Shown here in pieces: positions 31,550 to 42,076 of a stretch of DNA of 64,000 nucleotides. The first letter of the stretch is position 1. Each line of letters starts with the position of its first letter. The notes below the pieces were generated by a model. That model was not told the DNA's origin, did no database searches, and worked only from the letters and a program-made list of their open reading frames with translations. The translations under genes and the position numbers were made by a program. Source of the stretch: an uncultured Verrucomicrobiae bacterium (GTDB lineage Bacteria > Verrucomicrobiota > Verrucomicrobiia > Limisphaerales > UBA11358); the NCBI GenBank assembly GCA_963755515.1, contig CAVWKA010000005.1, positions 108,114 to 172,113 on the forward strand, read 5' to 3'.

Positions 31550-32893
31550 ATGTTCGATTCGTTAAGCGGCAAATTACAAAACGCCTTCCGCAATCTGCGC
31601 GGCCTCGGAAAAATTTCCGAAAGCAACGTCGCCGATTCCTTGCGCGAAGTCCGCATGGCCTTGCTCGAGGCCGACGTCAATTTTAAGGTCGCGCGCGATT
31701 TCATCGAGCGCGTCAAACAAAAGGCCCTCGGCGCCGAAGTCGTCGCCAGCGTCCAGCCCGGCCAGCAAATCATCAAAATCATCCATGACGAACTGGTGGA
31801 GCTGCTCGGCTCGCAAAACGCGGGACTGAAACTGGACGGAAATCCCAGCTCAATCCTGATGGTCGGACTGCATGGCTCCGGCAAAACCACGTCAAGCGGC
31901 AAGCTCGCCCGGCTGTTGCAAAAGCAGGGACGCCAGCCGTTGCTCGTGGCGGCGGACGTTTATCGCCCGGCGGCCATGGACCAGTTGGACACTCTCGGCA
32001 AACAACTCGAACTTCCAGTGTTCGTCAAACACGGCGAAACCGATGTCCTGAAAATCGCGCGCGAGGCTTTGGACTTTGCCCGCGCGAACAATCGCAACGT
32101 CCTGATTTTCGATACTGCCGGCCGATTGCAGATTGACGAGCCGCTCGTGCAGGAATTGGTGCGGCTGCGCGGCCTCGTCCAGCCCGCGGAAATTCTTCTC
32201 GTCCTCGATGCCGCCACCGGCCAGGAAGCGGTGAACGTGGCCACCCACTTCGACCAGGCCCTGCAAATCACCGGCTCCATTTTGACAAAATTGGACGGCG
32301 ACGCCCGCGGCGGCGCGGCCTTGAGCCTGAAATCCGTCACCGGCAAGCCCATCAAGTTCGCCGGCACCGGCGAAAAACTCGATGAATTCGAGCCATTTCA
32401 TCCCGAACGCATGGCGTCGCGCATTTTGGGCATGGGCGACGTCGTCAGCCTGGTCGAGAAAGCCGCGGAAGCCGTCAGCGAGGCGGACGCGAAGAAACTG
32501 GAAGAAAAGATGCGCAAGGGCGAATTCACGCTCGAAGATTTTCTGGAGCAATTGCGCGCCATGAAAAAGCTCGGCTCGTTGGAGAGCGTGATGAAAATGC
32601 TGCCCGGCGGCGCCGAAGCGTTGAAACAGGTGGACATCGGCAAACAGGAAAAGGAATTCAAGCGCATGGAAGGCATGGTTTGCGCGATGACGCCGAAGGA
32701 ACGCAAAAGTCCGGCGATCCTCAATGCCAGCCGCCGCCGCCGCATTGCCGCCGGCAGCGGCGTCACCGTGACGGAGTTAAACACCATGCTGAACAAGTTT
32801 TTTCAGATGCAGCAGATGATGAAGAAAATGGGTAAGATGCAAAAGATGATGGCCAAAATGGGCGGTGCCATGCCGGGAATGTTTAAAAGGTAG
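31550..32893 (+). CDS. ffh: signal recognition particle protein
   Basis: GLHGSGKTT, DTAGR and TKLDGDARGGAA motifs; Met-rich M domain. Confidence 0.97.
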   Translation: MFDSLSGKLQNAFRNLRGLGKISESNVADSLREVRMALLEADVNFKVARDFIERVKQKALGAEVVASVQPGQQIIKIIHDELVELLGSQNAGLKLDGNPSSILMVGLHGSGKTTSSGKLARLLQKQGRQPLLVAADVYRPAAMDQLDTLGKQLELPVFVKHGETDVLKIAREALDFARANNRNVLIFDTAGRLQIDEPLVQELVRLRGLVQPAEILLVLDAATGQEAVNVATHFDQALQITGSILTKLDGDARGGAALSLKSVTGKPIKFAGTGEKLDEFEPFHPERMASRILGMGDVVSLVEKAAEAVSEADAKKLEEKMRKGEFTLEDFLEQLRAMKKLGSLESVMKMLPGGAEALKQVDIGKQEKEFKRMEGMVCAMTPKERKSPAILNASRRRRIAAGSGVTVTELNTMLNKFFQMQQMMKKMGKMQKMMAKMGGAMPGMFKR

Positions 32894-32913
32894 GAGACGA
32901 CGTGAGTCTCTGA

Positions 32914-33456
32914 TTAATCCCTGTTTCCGTCTGCACCGATTCCGTGTTTCAGGCAATACGCGGTGTTGGTGACATACTTTTCCGCCCACCATTTCAATCC
33001 CGCCCGCTCCTCCTTCGTCAACGTCCGGACAATCTTTGCCGGGGCGCCCAGCACGAGCGATCCAGGAGGAATCTTCGTCTCTCCGGTCACCAGCGCCTTG
33101 GCGCCAATGATGCACTGTTTGCCGATGACTGTGCCGTCCAAAATCACCGCGCCCATCCCCACGAGCACCTCGTCGCCGACGGTGCAGGCGTGGATAATCG
33201 CCCCGTGGCCCACGGTGACCCAATTGCCCACGATGCACTCATAATCATCCGCCAGATGCAGCACGGCATTGTCCTGAATGTTCGAGTGATGGCCGACGAC
33301 GATGCGGTTGATGTCGCCGCGCAGCACCGCGCCGTACCACACGCTGGAATGCGCGCCGAGCGTCACGTCGCCAATCACTGTCGCGGTCCTGGCGATATAG
33401 ACGCCCTTGCCGAGCTTTGGCTTCCGCCGCAAAAATTTGTCCAATTGCCTGCTCAT
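32914..33456 (-). CDS. gamma carbonic anhydrase family (YrdA-like) protein
   Basis: IGDVTLG..SSVW..AVLRGD, NIQDNAVLH and TVGHGAIIH hexapeptide repeats. Confidence 0.92.
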   Translation of the reverse strand: MSRQLDKFLRRKPKLGKGVYIARTATVIGDVTLGAHSSVWYGAVLRGDINRIVVGHHSNIQDNAVLHLADDYECIVGNWVTVGHGAIIHACTVGDEVLVGMGAVILDGTVIGKQCIIGAKALVTGETKIPPGSLVLGAPAKIVRTLTKEERAGLKWWAEKYVTNTAYCLKHGIGADGNRD

Positions 33457-33530
33457 GCCGTCAGTCTATTCCAATTCGACCCAGGTGACATTTATTTTAT
33501 TCGCGGCCCGCGGCGTGCTAAAATGATCCC

Positions 33531-34454
33531 ATGATGAAATCACAGCGGCCCCTCCGGCGAAAATTGCCGCGCTCTTTCAAGGATTTGACGCCCGCAAATC
33601 ATTTCAATCCGGCCACCTTTTTCCGCGAATTGGTCTGGAAGGCATTGATTACGCCGCGGACGGGCGTGTCCCGGCGTCCGATCTTTCCCAGGTTGAAATA
33701 TGGCGAGGTGGCGGTCACTTGGATTGGACACGCATCCTTTTTGATTCAGTTCACGGATTTAAACGTGCTGATTGACCCGAATTTTGCCAACTGGCTCTTT
33801 CTGTTGAAGCGGGTCAGACGCAGCGGCCTCAAAATTCGCGATTTGCCGCCGATTGATTTGGTCCTCCTCACCCACGCGCATTTCGATCATTTCCACAAAC
33901 CGACGTTGCGCAAGCTGCCGCATCCGAAAATTGGCATCATGCCGCGCGGCGTCGGTGATCTGGCCCACAACCTCGGCTTCTCGCGCATCGTCGAACTCGA
34001 ATGGTGGGATAGCTTTTCCCAGGCGCGCTCCAATTGGAAAGTGACCTTCGTGCCGAGCAAACATTGGGGCGCGCGGACACTCCATGATCAGCATCGCGGC
34101 TACGGCGGATTCGTCTTGGAATATCAAGGACGGAGAATCTATCACGCGGGCGACAGCGCCTATTTCAACGGCTTCGCGGAAATTGGAAAAAAATTTTCCC
34201 CGACGCTCGCGCTGCTCCCCATCGGCGCCTACCATCCGGAAAGCTTCCGCAAGGTCCACATGGGCCCTGACGAAGCCATCAAAGTTTTCAAGGAATTGGG
34301 CGCCAAATGGCTCGTCCCCATGCATTACGGCACCTTCAAGCTTTCCTTCGAAGAAATGGACGAACCGCTGCGCTGGCTTTTGGAAATTGCGGCAAAGGAA
34401 CATTTGACCCGGCAAATCAGAGTGCTCGAAGCCGGCGTGCCCGTGGTGTTTTGA
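33531..34454 (+). CDS. MBL-fold metallo-hydrolase (NAPE-PLD/RomA-like)
   Basis: TWIGHAS, THAHFDH, AGDS, LPIGAY and PMHYGTF motifs. Confidence 0.9.
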   Translation: MMKSQRPLRRKLPRSFKDLTPANHFNPATFFRELVWKALITPRTGVSRRPIFPRLKYGEVAVTWIGHASFLIQFTDLNVLIDPNFANWLFLLKRVRRSGLKIRDLPPIDLVLLTHAHFDHFHKPTLRKLPHPKIGIMPRGVGDLAHNLGFSRIVELEWWDSFSQARSNWKVTFVPSKHWGARTLHDQHRGYGGFVLEYQGRRIYHAGDSAYFNGFAEIGKKFSPTLALLPIGAYHPESFRKVHMGPDEAIKVFKELGAKWLVPMHYGTFKLSFEEMDEPLRWLLEIAAKEHLTRQIRVLEAGVPVVF

Positions 34455-34504
34455 AGTCATTTACATTGACAGACGGTTGACTTCGTTCTTTGCTGTCCGC
34501 ACAA

Positions 34505-35989
34505 ATGAGCGGCGACACCGGCAATTCGCTTTCCACAAAGTCCGATCTTTTGGAGCGATACGTGCCGCTGGTTGCCTGGGCACTCGTCTTTTTCGTGCTG
34601 CTGGCCATCCCCTTCAAAATCATCGCCTACGGCTATTTGCCCGCGGACGACGCTTTGCGGCATGCGGCCAAGGCGGTTTCCGGCAAACCTTGGACGGATA
34701 TTCTCGTGCTCGGCCCCGCTTACCATATTGACCCAAACTGGGGTTGGCACTGGTTTTTGCGGCGGTTCCATCTGGCGTTCAATTGGGACGCGGCAACCCT
34801 GGTGGTCTTCTCCGTCGTCATGCTCTTTATCGTCAGCAACTGGTCCATCGCGGCTTGTCTCAAGCGTCCGGAGGCATGGCTGGCCGCCTTTGTGCTCGTG
34901 TCGCTGATCTCCGACATGGCCTCGCGTTTTATGCTGGGCCGTCCCTTTCTGTTGAGCGTCGCCGCGCTCGGCATCATTCTGCTCGTCTGGCAGCGGCATC
35001 GGTCGGCGCCGCCAAAATGGCAAAATATCCTTTGGATGATCCCGCTGATCTCCGTCGCGGTTTTCTTGCACGGCGTCTGGTATTTATGGGCGCTGCCGGT
35101 CGCCGCCTTTTTTCTGGCGCTCGAGTTCCGCTGGTTCCTACTGCTGGGGACCAGTTGGGTGGCGGCAACCTTCCTGGGTTCAGCCCTGACCGGGCATCCC
35201 ATCGCAAGCATTCTCCAGGCAATTGAGCTGGCCATCAACGCACTGGGCTGGCACGAAAACCAACTGACTCTCGTCGGCGAATTGAAACCGTCCGGAGGCG
35301 AAATCATGCCGGTGATTTTTGTCGGCGGACTGATCGTGATGCGGCAACTGGCGAAGCTGCCCGCCCCGCCTCTTTCACGCCATCCGGCGTTCTGGCTCGC
35401 GGCGCTCGGCTGGTTGCTCGGCTGCCAGACGGACCGTTTTTGGGATGATTGGGGCGCGCCGGGGTTGATGATTTTAATCGCCGGCGATTTGCAGTTGTTG
35501 TTTGAAACGCGGTTTCCGGTGGATTCGCTCAAACGGCTCGGACTCGTGTGTGGCATCGCCGCCGCCCTCTGGGCGGTCACTACCAATGATATCGGCAATC
35601 GCTGGACCAATAACCTGTCGTGGCGACCGCTAAAAGCAGACGACCCCGCCCTGCAGGGCTGGCTTCCGGGAAACGGCGGAATTTTTTATACCGCGGAATC
35701 ATCGTTCTTCTTCCAGACGTTCTTCGAAAACCCCAATGCCGACTGGCGTTACGCCCTCGGCTTTGAATCCACGTTGATGACGCGTGATAATTTCAAAACC
35801 TACCAGGACATTGTCTGGAACCTTGGCGACGCCAGGGCCTACCAGCCGTGGGTGAATAAAATGCGGCCCCAGGACCGTCTGGTCATTTACGGCGCCGCCG
35901 GCGAGAGACCCAATATCCCGCAATTGGAATGGGCCAGGCCGGTCGGCAATTGTTGGATCGGACGGCTTCCGCAAGCATCATCCCCGTGA
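34505..35989 (+). CDS. multi-pass membrane protein (GT-C-like hypothetical)
   Basis: Many TM segments; DD motif (PADDALRH) in the first loop. Confidence 0.7.
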   Translation: MSGDTGNSLSTKSDLLERYVPLVAWALVFFVLLAIPFKIIAYGYLPADDALRHAAKAVSGKPWTDILVLGPAYHIDPNWGWHWFLRRFHLAFNWDAATLVVFSVVMLFIVSNWSIAACLKRPEAWLAAFVLVSLISDMASRFMLGRPFLLSVAALGIILLVWQRHRSAPPKWQNILWMIPLISVAVFLHGVWYLWALPVAAFFLALEFRWFLLLGTSWVAATFLGSALTGHPIASILQAIELAINALGWHENQLTLVGELKPSGGEIMPVIFVGGLIVMRQLAKLPAPPLSRHPAFWLAALGWLLGCQTDRFWDDWGAPGLMILIAGDLQLLFETRFPVDSLKRLGLVCGIAAALWAVTTNDIGNRWTNNLSWRPLKADDPALQGWLPGNGGIFYTAESSFFFQTFFENPNADWRYALGFESTLMTRDNFKTYQDIVWNLGDARAYQPWVNKMRPQDRLVIYGAAGERPNIPQLEWARPVGNCWIGRLPQASSP

Positions 35990-36253
35990 CAATTCATCCG
36001 CTTTCCTCGCCAGCGCAAAATCCTTTTCCGTCAAGCCGCCGGCGTCGTGAGTGGTGAGCGCCAGGGTGACTTTGTTCCACCGGATATCAATGTCCGGATG
36101 GTGCCAGGCCTGTTCCGCAGCGTCGGCAACGGCATTTACGAACTTCATTGCGGCCGGAAAATCCTTGAACCCGAACGTGCGCGAAATCACCTCGCCGTTC
36201 TGCTTCCAATCCGGCAGCGAGTAAAGCGCCAGGGCGATCTGCCCGGGATTCAT
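35978..36253 (-). CDS. phhB: 4a-hydroxytetrahydrobiopterin dehydratase (PhhB/PCD)
   Basis: FKDF, AE..WHHPDIDIRWNKV and TTHDAGGLT.KDF motifs. Confidence 0.9.
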   Translation of the reverse strand: MNPGQIALALYSLPDWKQNGEVISRTFGFKDFPAAMKFVNAVADAAEQAWHHPDIDIRWNKVTLALTTHDAGGLTEKDFALARKADELSRG

Positions 36254-36615
36254 TTTCAATGGCGGCGGCGCGCCAAAATTTTTGAGCGCCTCAACTTTTT
36301 TGTTGGAGGCCTCGCGTACCAGGCTGAGACTGGTTGCCAGTGACCAAAACCATGAGACCACCAGCAAAACTGACCGGCTTCGAGTGTCTTGATGTTGGGC
36401 TGATCGGGCGCCGCGTCGCTGAACATCATGCCGTAATACGCGGACATCTCCCGGAAAAACCAGGCCAGAATCAGCGCGCATCCCGCCAGCGCCAGCGCCA
36501 ATTGCCCCGCCCCCGCAATCCATCGTCCGCACAACAGCGAGCCGAGACCGGGCGTGGCCAATTGATTGAGCAACGCGGCGTTGCGCGCCCGGGCGTGGCT
36601 AACGGGTTTTCTCAT
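36254..36615 (-). CDS. small membrane protein, paralog of 36652-37017 (frameshift near 36370)
   Basis: ATPGLGS..GR...G..QL in one frame; SWFWSLATSLSLVREA in the phhB frame. Confidence 0.6.
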
Positions 36616-36651
36616 GGTTCATACTCTCTCACGCAGTGAAAAATTTAATTG

Positions 36652-37017
36652 TCACAATATCGGAGGAACATTTTTGCGCTTCTCCAACTCGTTCCTTTTT
36701 GCTTCGCGCACCAGGCTGACACAGGTCAGGAACGTCCACACCCAACTGATGCCAAAGCACGCGACGCCGCATTCCCATAACCAGCCGATTGAATCCTTTG
36801 ATACCATTTCGCCGATTTGCGCTTGGATAATCCGGTGACACCAACCGAAAATCCAGGCGCAGCCAAAACAAAATCCAGCCACCGCAAAACCCAATTGGCA
36901 AATTCCCGTCATTCTCCTTCCCGCCCGTATCGAGCCGGTCCCGGGCGTGGCCGCGTTCATCATCACACAGGACCACGCGCGATCACGGCTCAACAGGGGT
37001 TCGGACGGCAAAGGCAT
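36652..37017 (-). CDS. small membrane protein
   Basis: ATPGTGS..GR..G..QL ... SWVWTFLTCVSLVREA; in operon. Confidence 0.7.
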   Translation of the reverse strand: MPLPSEPLLSRDRAWSCVMMNAATPGTGSIRAGRRMTGICQLGFAVAGFCFGCAWIFGWCHRIIQAQIGEMVSKDSIGWLWECGVACFGISWVWTFLTCVSLVREAKRNELEKRKNVPPIL

Positions 37018-37023
37018 CGGCGG

Positions 37024-37677
37024 TCAACTGAATTGAGACTTCACGGCCGGCTTGGTCAATACGACCAGCGACCAGATGCCGAATGGCAAACCCAGGACGC
37101 AGCATGGGGTCACGCACGGAATCATCGCAATGATGGATGCCGTGACCGCAAATTCATAGCTGCGCAAGGACAACATCTTCGCGGCGCCCATCAAAACCAA
37201 AACCGACATGGCCAGCCCGAAAATAGCGTCCACAATCCCAAATGGGCCGTATGCAAAACTCATGATCTTTTGCATAAATTGTTCCATTTGCGGATTGTTC
37301 ATTTGCTGCATGGCGGCGTTGAATTGTTCCAAATTGGGATGGCCAAAAGCCTTTTCTCCCAGGCTCCAAAACGAAAGAAGCAAATCAATAATCCCATTCA
37401 CGATTAACGCGATGGCGGGACCCTTGACCATTCCCAATGCCGCGGCGCGGCCATCGCCCGACGACCCCAATGACGGCGGCGCGCCCGGCGCCAACGTGGG
37501 CGGCGCAAAGGCATCCGCAAATTCCGGAAAGGTCGAAAGGGCGCGAAATGCCGCGTCGCTCTCCGCCTTCGCCAAAGACTGCGCGTTAAGCCGCCCCTCG
37601 GATATCCATTTGCGCAAATCCTCCGCCGAAATTTGGCCGTATTCTTTGCCGTCGCCGCCGATGATGGTGTAGGTCAT
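37024..37677 (-). CDS. GYF_2/DUF4339 domain membrane protein
   Basis: YTIIGGDGKEYG...W..EGR N-terminal domain plus TM helices (PCC..GLPFGIW). Confidence 0.85.
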   Translation of the reverse strand: MTYTIIGGDGKEYGQISAEDLRKWISEGRLNAQSLAKAESDAAFRALSTFPEFADAFAPPTLAPGAPPSLGSSGDGRAAALGMVKGPAIALIVNGIIDLLLSFWSLGEKAFGHPNLEQFNAAMQQMNNPQMEQFMQKIMSFAYGPFGIVDAIFGLAMSVLVLMGAAKMLSLRSYEFAVTASIIAMIPCVTPCCVLGLPFGIWSLVVLTKPAVKSQFS

Positions 37678-37783
37678 AGTTTTCTCCCGCTTTTTAGCTT
37701 TGTAGTTTATCCACCAGCGTCGCGCAAGCTGATTTCAGGGGAGGCTGACGATGCAGCAGTGCGGTCTTCAGCGGCGCACCTGA

Positions 37784-38794
37784 CTAAGCGGCTCGTGATT
37801 CGCCGAAGATCGTCTCATAAACATACATCGTCGCGGCGATGGCAATGGGGGCCGTAAACAAAAGGCCAATGCAACAGACACACACCCCGGCAAGATTGAT
37901 GAGTCCGGCAACCACCGTAAATCCGAAAACGTGGAACCAATGTTTGTGGACCTTCTTAAAACTCATCTTCATCGCGTCCCAAAAGTCCATTTGTTTGTCT
38001 ATGATCAGCGGCAACGTGAATTGCCAGCTCACCGTCAAATAAACCGCCGGAATTATCCCAATCAGTGCATAGGGCAAAACTCCCGCCAAAGCCGGCCAAA
38101 CCTGGGACATCGTCTGATGCGCTTCAGCCGGTGCTCCTTGCATCTGATAAAACAGCGGCACCACTCTGCCAAAATAGATTATTTTAGCCGGGATCATGCT
38201 GAGCGTGGCCAAAAATACCGCGACGAAATTACCGAGAAAAAGCTGTGAAAATGCCCTTTGAAATCCGACGAACATCTCGCCGACGCCGGCGGCGCGCCCG
38301 CGCATTCGCTGGATGAAAACATAAAAAATACCGCCCAACAGCGGACCGTTAACCAGCCCAAGAATGACTTGAATCATCGTGCCGCTGCCAATCTCAAATC
38401 CCTCCGTGCGCTGCAATTCCGTGGGCACCGATTTGGCCATGATGACGCCGATGATTGCGCTGGCCGCGAAAATAATCACCATGCCCAGCAAAAAAACAAC
38501 AAACAGCGTCCCCATGTCGCTCTTGAACAGGTTCCAGCCGCGGCTGACGCACGCGCCAATGTCCAATTCGTAATCCCGTTCAGCCCAATCGCCCGGCGCA
38601 ACTTCCGGCGCGGGAACGTGTGGACCGAAAATGTCCGCGAATTCTGGAAACGTCGAAAGGGTGCGAAACGCCGCGTCGTTCTCCGCCTTCGCCGAAGACT
38701 GTGCGTTAAGCCGCCCTTCGGAAATCCATTTGCGCATGTCTTCCGCCAATATCGGGCCGTATTCCTTCCCGTCGCCGCCGATGATGGTGTACAT
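37784..38794 (-). CDS. GYF_2/DUF4339 domain membrane protein (DUF975-like TM region)
   Basis: Same N-terminal domain; 'GLINLAG..CCIGLLFTAP' C-terminus. Confidence 0.85.
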   Translation of the reverse strand: MYTIIGGDGKEYGPILAEDMRKWISEGRLNAQSSAKAENDAAFRTLSTFPEFADIFGPHVPAPEVAPGDWAERDYELDIGACVSRGWNLFKSDMGTLFVVFLLGMVIIFAASAIIGVIMAKSVPTELQRTEGFEIGSGTMIQVILGLVNGPLLGGIFYVFIQRMRGRAAGVGEMFVGFQRAFSQLFLGNFVAVFLATLSMIPAKIIYFGRVVPLFYQMQGAPAEAHQTMSQVWPALAGVLPYALIGIIPAVYLTVSWQFTLPLIIDKQMDFWDAMKMSFKKVHKHWFHVFGFTVVAGLINLAGVCVCCIGLLFTAPIAIAATMYVYETIFGESRAA

Positions 38795-38822
38795 AGTCGT
38801 TTTCCTTTATTTTTATTCCCAC

Positions 38823-39509
38823 TCACGGATCCCATCGCAAAGAATCGAGTTGGGATTGGTTCACCGTTTGAACACTGCCGTCAGCCAAAGCCACTGCGAA
38901 AATCCGCCCATTCCTGAAATGCGAACTCATGATTTCCCGCCCGCCGCTGGCATTCCACCCACTGTCCGATTCAAAAATCATCACAGTTTCCGGATTGACC
39001 TTGTCTTCGGCCATGCCATCAAGCTTTGCGTTAAATGCGAAATCAGACCTGCCGGGGTTTCCGCCAGGATATTGAAATGCCTTTTCAGAAACAACGAAGG
39101 GTTTAATCGCATCGCACCACGTCGCCGCAGGCGGCAAACTGTTTGTATGATCGCTCGAATACATCCTGATCGCCAACGCCAATTGCTTTTCGCTATTGAC
39201 ACAATTAATTTCCTGCGCCCTTTGCTTGGCCGCGGCCAATGCCGGCAAAAGCATCGCTGCAAAAATTGGAATCATGAAAACGAACAGCGCGGAAACTATC
39301 ATCCCGGCCAGCGCCAGGCCAAATCCTTTCAGTTTTCCGCCGCTGCCTTGGATTTTGACAATCGCGATGATTCCCAGAATCAACCCGATGAGCGCTGTCA
39401 CACCGCAAGTGAACAGCCCCAGGATTCCGAATACCAGTGAAGTGATGGCCAACGCGCTGGTTTTGGCGGGGATGGTATTTGGCAGCGGCGGCATGGTTTG
39501 ATCGGTCAT
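38823..39509 (-). CDS. DUF4190 domain protein with pilin-like C-terminus
   Basis: 'TSALAITSLVFGILG', 'GLALAG', 'LLPALAAAK..AQ..NC' and 'ADGSVQ' motifs. Confidence 0.8.
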   Translation of the reverse strand: MTDQTMPPLPNTIPAKTSALAITSLVFGILGLFTCGVTALIGLILGIIAIVKIQGSGGKLKGFGLALAGMIVSALFVFMIPIFAAMLLPALAAAKQRAQEINCVNSEKQLALAIRMYSSDHTNSLPPAATWCDAIKPFVVSEKAFQYPGGNPGRSDFAFNAKLDGMAEDKVNPETVMIFESDSGWNASGGREIMSSHFRNGRIFAVALADGSVQTVNQSQLDSLRWDP

Positions 39510-39570
39510 GGATTTCTTCTGTGTTCTTTGGTTCTAATCCATTCGCTTCAGCCGTGCAAGCTGATTTGAG

Positions 39571-40677
39571 TTACGAATTCCTGACGAACAATTTGCCCGG
39601 CAACTGCCGCACCAGTCGTTTCATTTCCAGGCTCAGCAATGCCACGCTCACCGCCGAACTCGGCAAATGGCTTTCCCGGATGACTTCGTCAATGCTCCGT
39701 TCTTCGCCGTCCAGGGCGTCATAAACCTTTTGCTCGCTTACGGACAGTTCCATCGCGGGCAGAGTTCCGGTTTCCCTCAGCGGCGGCGGCTTGTTGGACG
39801 AAGGAAATAAATACTCGAACTCGCTCAAAATATCCTCGGCGTCTTCGCAAAGCTTGGCCCCCTTTTTTATCAAATCATGACAACCTTTGCTGCGCGGCGA
39901 ATCAATCCTGCCCGGCACCGCGAAAACCTGCCGCCCGTATTCGGTGGCAAAATTCGACGTAATCAGCGCGCCGCTGTGCAGGTCCGCTTCCACCACCACC
40001 GTGCCCAGCGTCATTCCGGCCACGATGCGATTGCGGATGGCGAACGACTGTTTGTCCGCCTTGCGATTGAATGGGAATTGCGTGAGCACCGCCCCGCTTT
40101 CCGCGATGCGTTGGAACAAGTCCTTGTTTTCCGGCGGAAAAACAATGTTGATCCCGGTGCCCAAAACACAAACCGTCCGGCCTTTGGCCGCGAGGGCCCC
40201 TTGATGCGCCGCCGTGTCAATGCCCCGCGCCCCGCCGCTCACCACCGTCACCCCGACATAGGCCAGTTGATACGCCAGCTTGCGCGCCGTTTCGATGCCG
40301 TAATGCGTCGTTTGCCGCGAACCGACCATTGCCACGGCGTTCTTGTCCCTCGCCGTTAATTCGCCCTTGACGTAAAGCACCAGCGGCGGGTCGTAAATCT
40401 CCCGAAGTATCGCCGGATAATTCTCATCGGACGAAATCAATACGTGACAGCCAAAATCGGAAATGCGTCTCAACTCCCCGGCCAGGTCAACGGATTTTTC
40501 CCAATTGGCTATCGCCTCGGCGGTTTCGTCGCCGATGTTGCGCACGCGAAGCAATTGGGATTTGGAAGCCGCGAGAATTTTTTGGGGTTCGCCGAAATGT
40601 TCGAGCAACAAACGGGCGCGCACCGGCCCGACGTGTTCAATCAGGTTCAACGCGATGAGGGCTTCGCGGAAATCCAC
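39571..40677 (-). CDS. dprA: DNA-processing protein DprA
   Basis: DPPLVLYVKG, VGSR, SGGARGID, RNRIVAG and SGALIT motifs. Confidence 0.95.
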   Translation of the reverse strand: MDFREALIALNLIEHVGPVRARLLLEHFGEPQKILAASKSQLLRVRNIGDETAEAIANWEKSVDLAGELRRISDFGCHVLISSDENYPAILREIYDPPLVLYVKGELTARDKNAVAMVGSRQTTHYGIETARKLAYQLAYVGVTVVSGGARGIDTAAHQGALAAKGRTVCVLGTGINIVFPPENKDLFQRIAESGAVLTQFPFNRKADKQSFAIRNRIVAGMTLGTVVVEADLHSGALITSNFATEYGRQVFAVPGRIDSPRSKGCHDLIKKGAKLCEDAEDILSEFEYLFPSSNKPPPLRETGTLPAMELSVSEQKVYDALDGEERSIDEVIRESHLPSSAVSVALLSLEMKRLVRQLPGKLFVRNS

Positions 40678-40735
40678 ACGGATTAAATAGCCCCTGCCAA
40701 TGTTCGCTGCAAGAACTGTTTCGTCCCCGCGGAAA

Positions 40736-41119
40736 TTACTTCGCCGCCGGAGCAGCTGGGGCCGCCTTTTCTTCCTTCTCGCGCACGAGCGTGGCGCCTT
40801 TGCCCAGCCGTTTGCGCAGATACGTCAACTTGGCGCGGCGCACTTGGCCCTGGCGTTCAACTTCAATTTTATCCACGCGCGGCGAATGCACCGGAAAAAT
40901 GCGCTCCACGCCTTCGCCGTAGCTGATGCGCCGGACGGTGAACGTCTCATTCATGCCCCTCCCGCGTTTGCCGATGACGACACCCGCGAAAATCTGGATG
41001 CGTTCCTTGTCGCCTTCGACAACTTTGGTATGCACTTTCACCGAATCGCCGACCCCGAACTTCGCGTCGTCTTTGCGAAACTGTTCCGATTCAATTTTTT
41101 TCAACAATTCCTGGTTCAT
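40736..41119 (-). CDS. rplS: 50S ribosomal protein L19
   Basis: GDSVKVH, ERIQIF and [10 protein letters not shown] motifs. Confidence 0.97.
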   Translation of the reverse strand: MNQELLKKIESEQFRKDDAKFGVGDSVKVHTKVVEGDKERIQIFAGVVIGKRGRGMNETFTVRRISYGEGVERIFPVHSPRVDKIEVERQGQVRRAKLTYLRKRLGKGATLVREKEEKAAPAAPAAK

Positions 41120-41123
41120 AAAT

Positions 41124-41792
41124 TCATTTCAATAAATCCGGACGGCTTTCTCTCGTCCGCTTCTTCGCTTGTTCGCGCCGCCACTTCTCAATTTCGGCGT
41201 GATTGCCGGAAACCAAAACGTCCGGCACCTTCATCTCCCGAAACTCCGCCGGGCGCGTGTATTGCGGATACTCCAGCAACCCGTGGCTGAATGATTCGTC
41301 GTGCGAACTTTCGTCGTCGCCCAACACCCCGGGCAACAGCCGCGCCACCGCGTCAATCACCACCATCGCGGGAAGCGCCCCGTTCGTCAAAACGTAATCG
41401 CCGATGGATAATTCATCGTCCGCCAGCCCTTCGCGCACCCGCTCGTCAAAACCCTCATAATGGCCGGTGACCAGCAGCAAATCCGGCTGTCCGGCCAGTT
41501 CCGCCGCGATGGCCTGGCTGAACCTTCGGCCACCCGGCGACAGCAAAATGACCCGGCTTGGCTCCCGTCGCAAACTTTCGACCGCTTCAAAAATCGGCTC
41601 CGGCTTCATCAACATCCCCGGACCGCCGCCAAACGGTCGGTCGTCCACCGTCTTGTGCCGGTCATGTGTCCATTCGCGCAGGTCATGGATTTTCAAATCC
41701 AACAAACCATTCTTTCGCGCGCGCTTGATGATGCTTTCATCCAGCGGCCCCGCGAACATCGCCGGAAACAAAGTGAGCACGTCTATTTTCAC
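41124..41792 (-). CDS. trmD: tRNA (guanine-N1)-methyltransferase
   Basis: [26 protein letters not shown] and EYPQYTRP motifs. Confidence 0.97.
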   Translation of the reverse strand: MKIDVLTLFPAMFAGPLDESIIKRARKNGLLDLKIHDLREWTHDRHKTVDDRPFGGGPGMLMKPEPIFEAVESLRREPSRVILLSPGGRRFSQAIAAELAGQPDLLLVTGHYEGFDERVREGLADDELSIGDYVLTNGALPAMVVIDAVARLLPGVLGDDESSHDESFSHGLLEYPQYTRPAEFREMKVPDVLVSGNHAEIEKWRREQAKKRTRESRPDLLK

Positions 41793-41831
41793 TGCATCCT
41801 CATCCTCAAATGAGGCCGACGATGACGCCGC

Positions 41832-42071
41832 TCATCTTTTGTCCTCAATAATTTCCACAGAACAGCGCAGTCCTTTCTTCGCGCCGCCCGCCAAAAGCAG
41901 TGAACGAATCGCGTTAATCGTCACCCCCTGCCGTCCAATGATTTTTCCCACGTCTTCAGGATCCAGCCGCAATTCATACATCGTCACCCCCGCGCGCTCA
42001 ACCGGCGTTACCGTCACCGCCTCGGGCTTTTGCACGAGTCCTTTGACGACATATTCGAGGAACTCTTGCAT
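41832..42071 (-). CDS. khpA: KH-domain RNA-binding protein (KhpA/YlqC)
   Basis: DVGKIIGRQG..I.AIR motif; between rpsP and trmD. Confidence 0.9.
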   Translation of the reverse strand: MQEFLEYVVKGLVQKPEAVTVTPVERAGVTMYELRLDPEDVGKIIGRQGVTINAIRSLLLAGGAKKGLRCSVEIIEDKR

Positions 42072-42076
42072 TCAAA

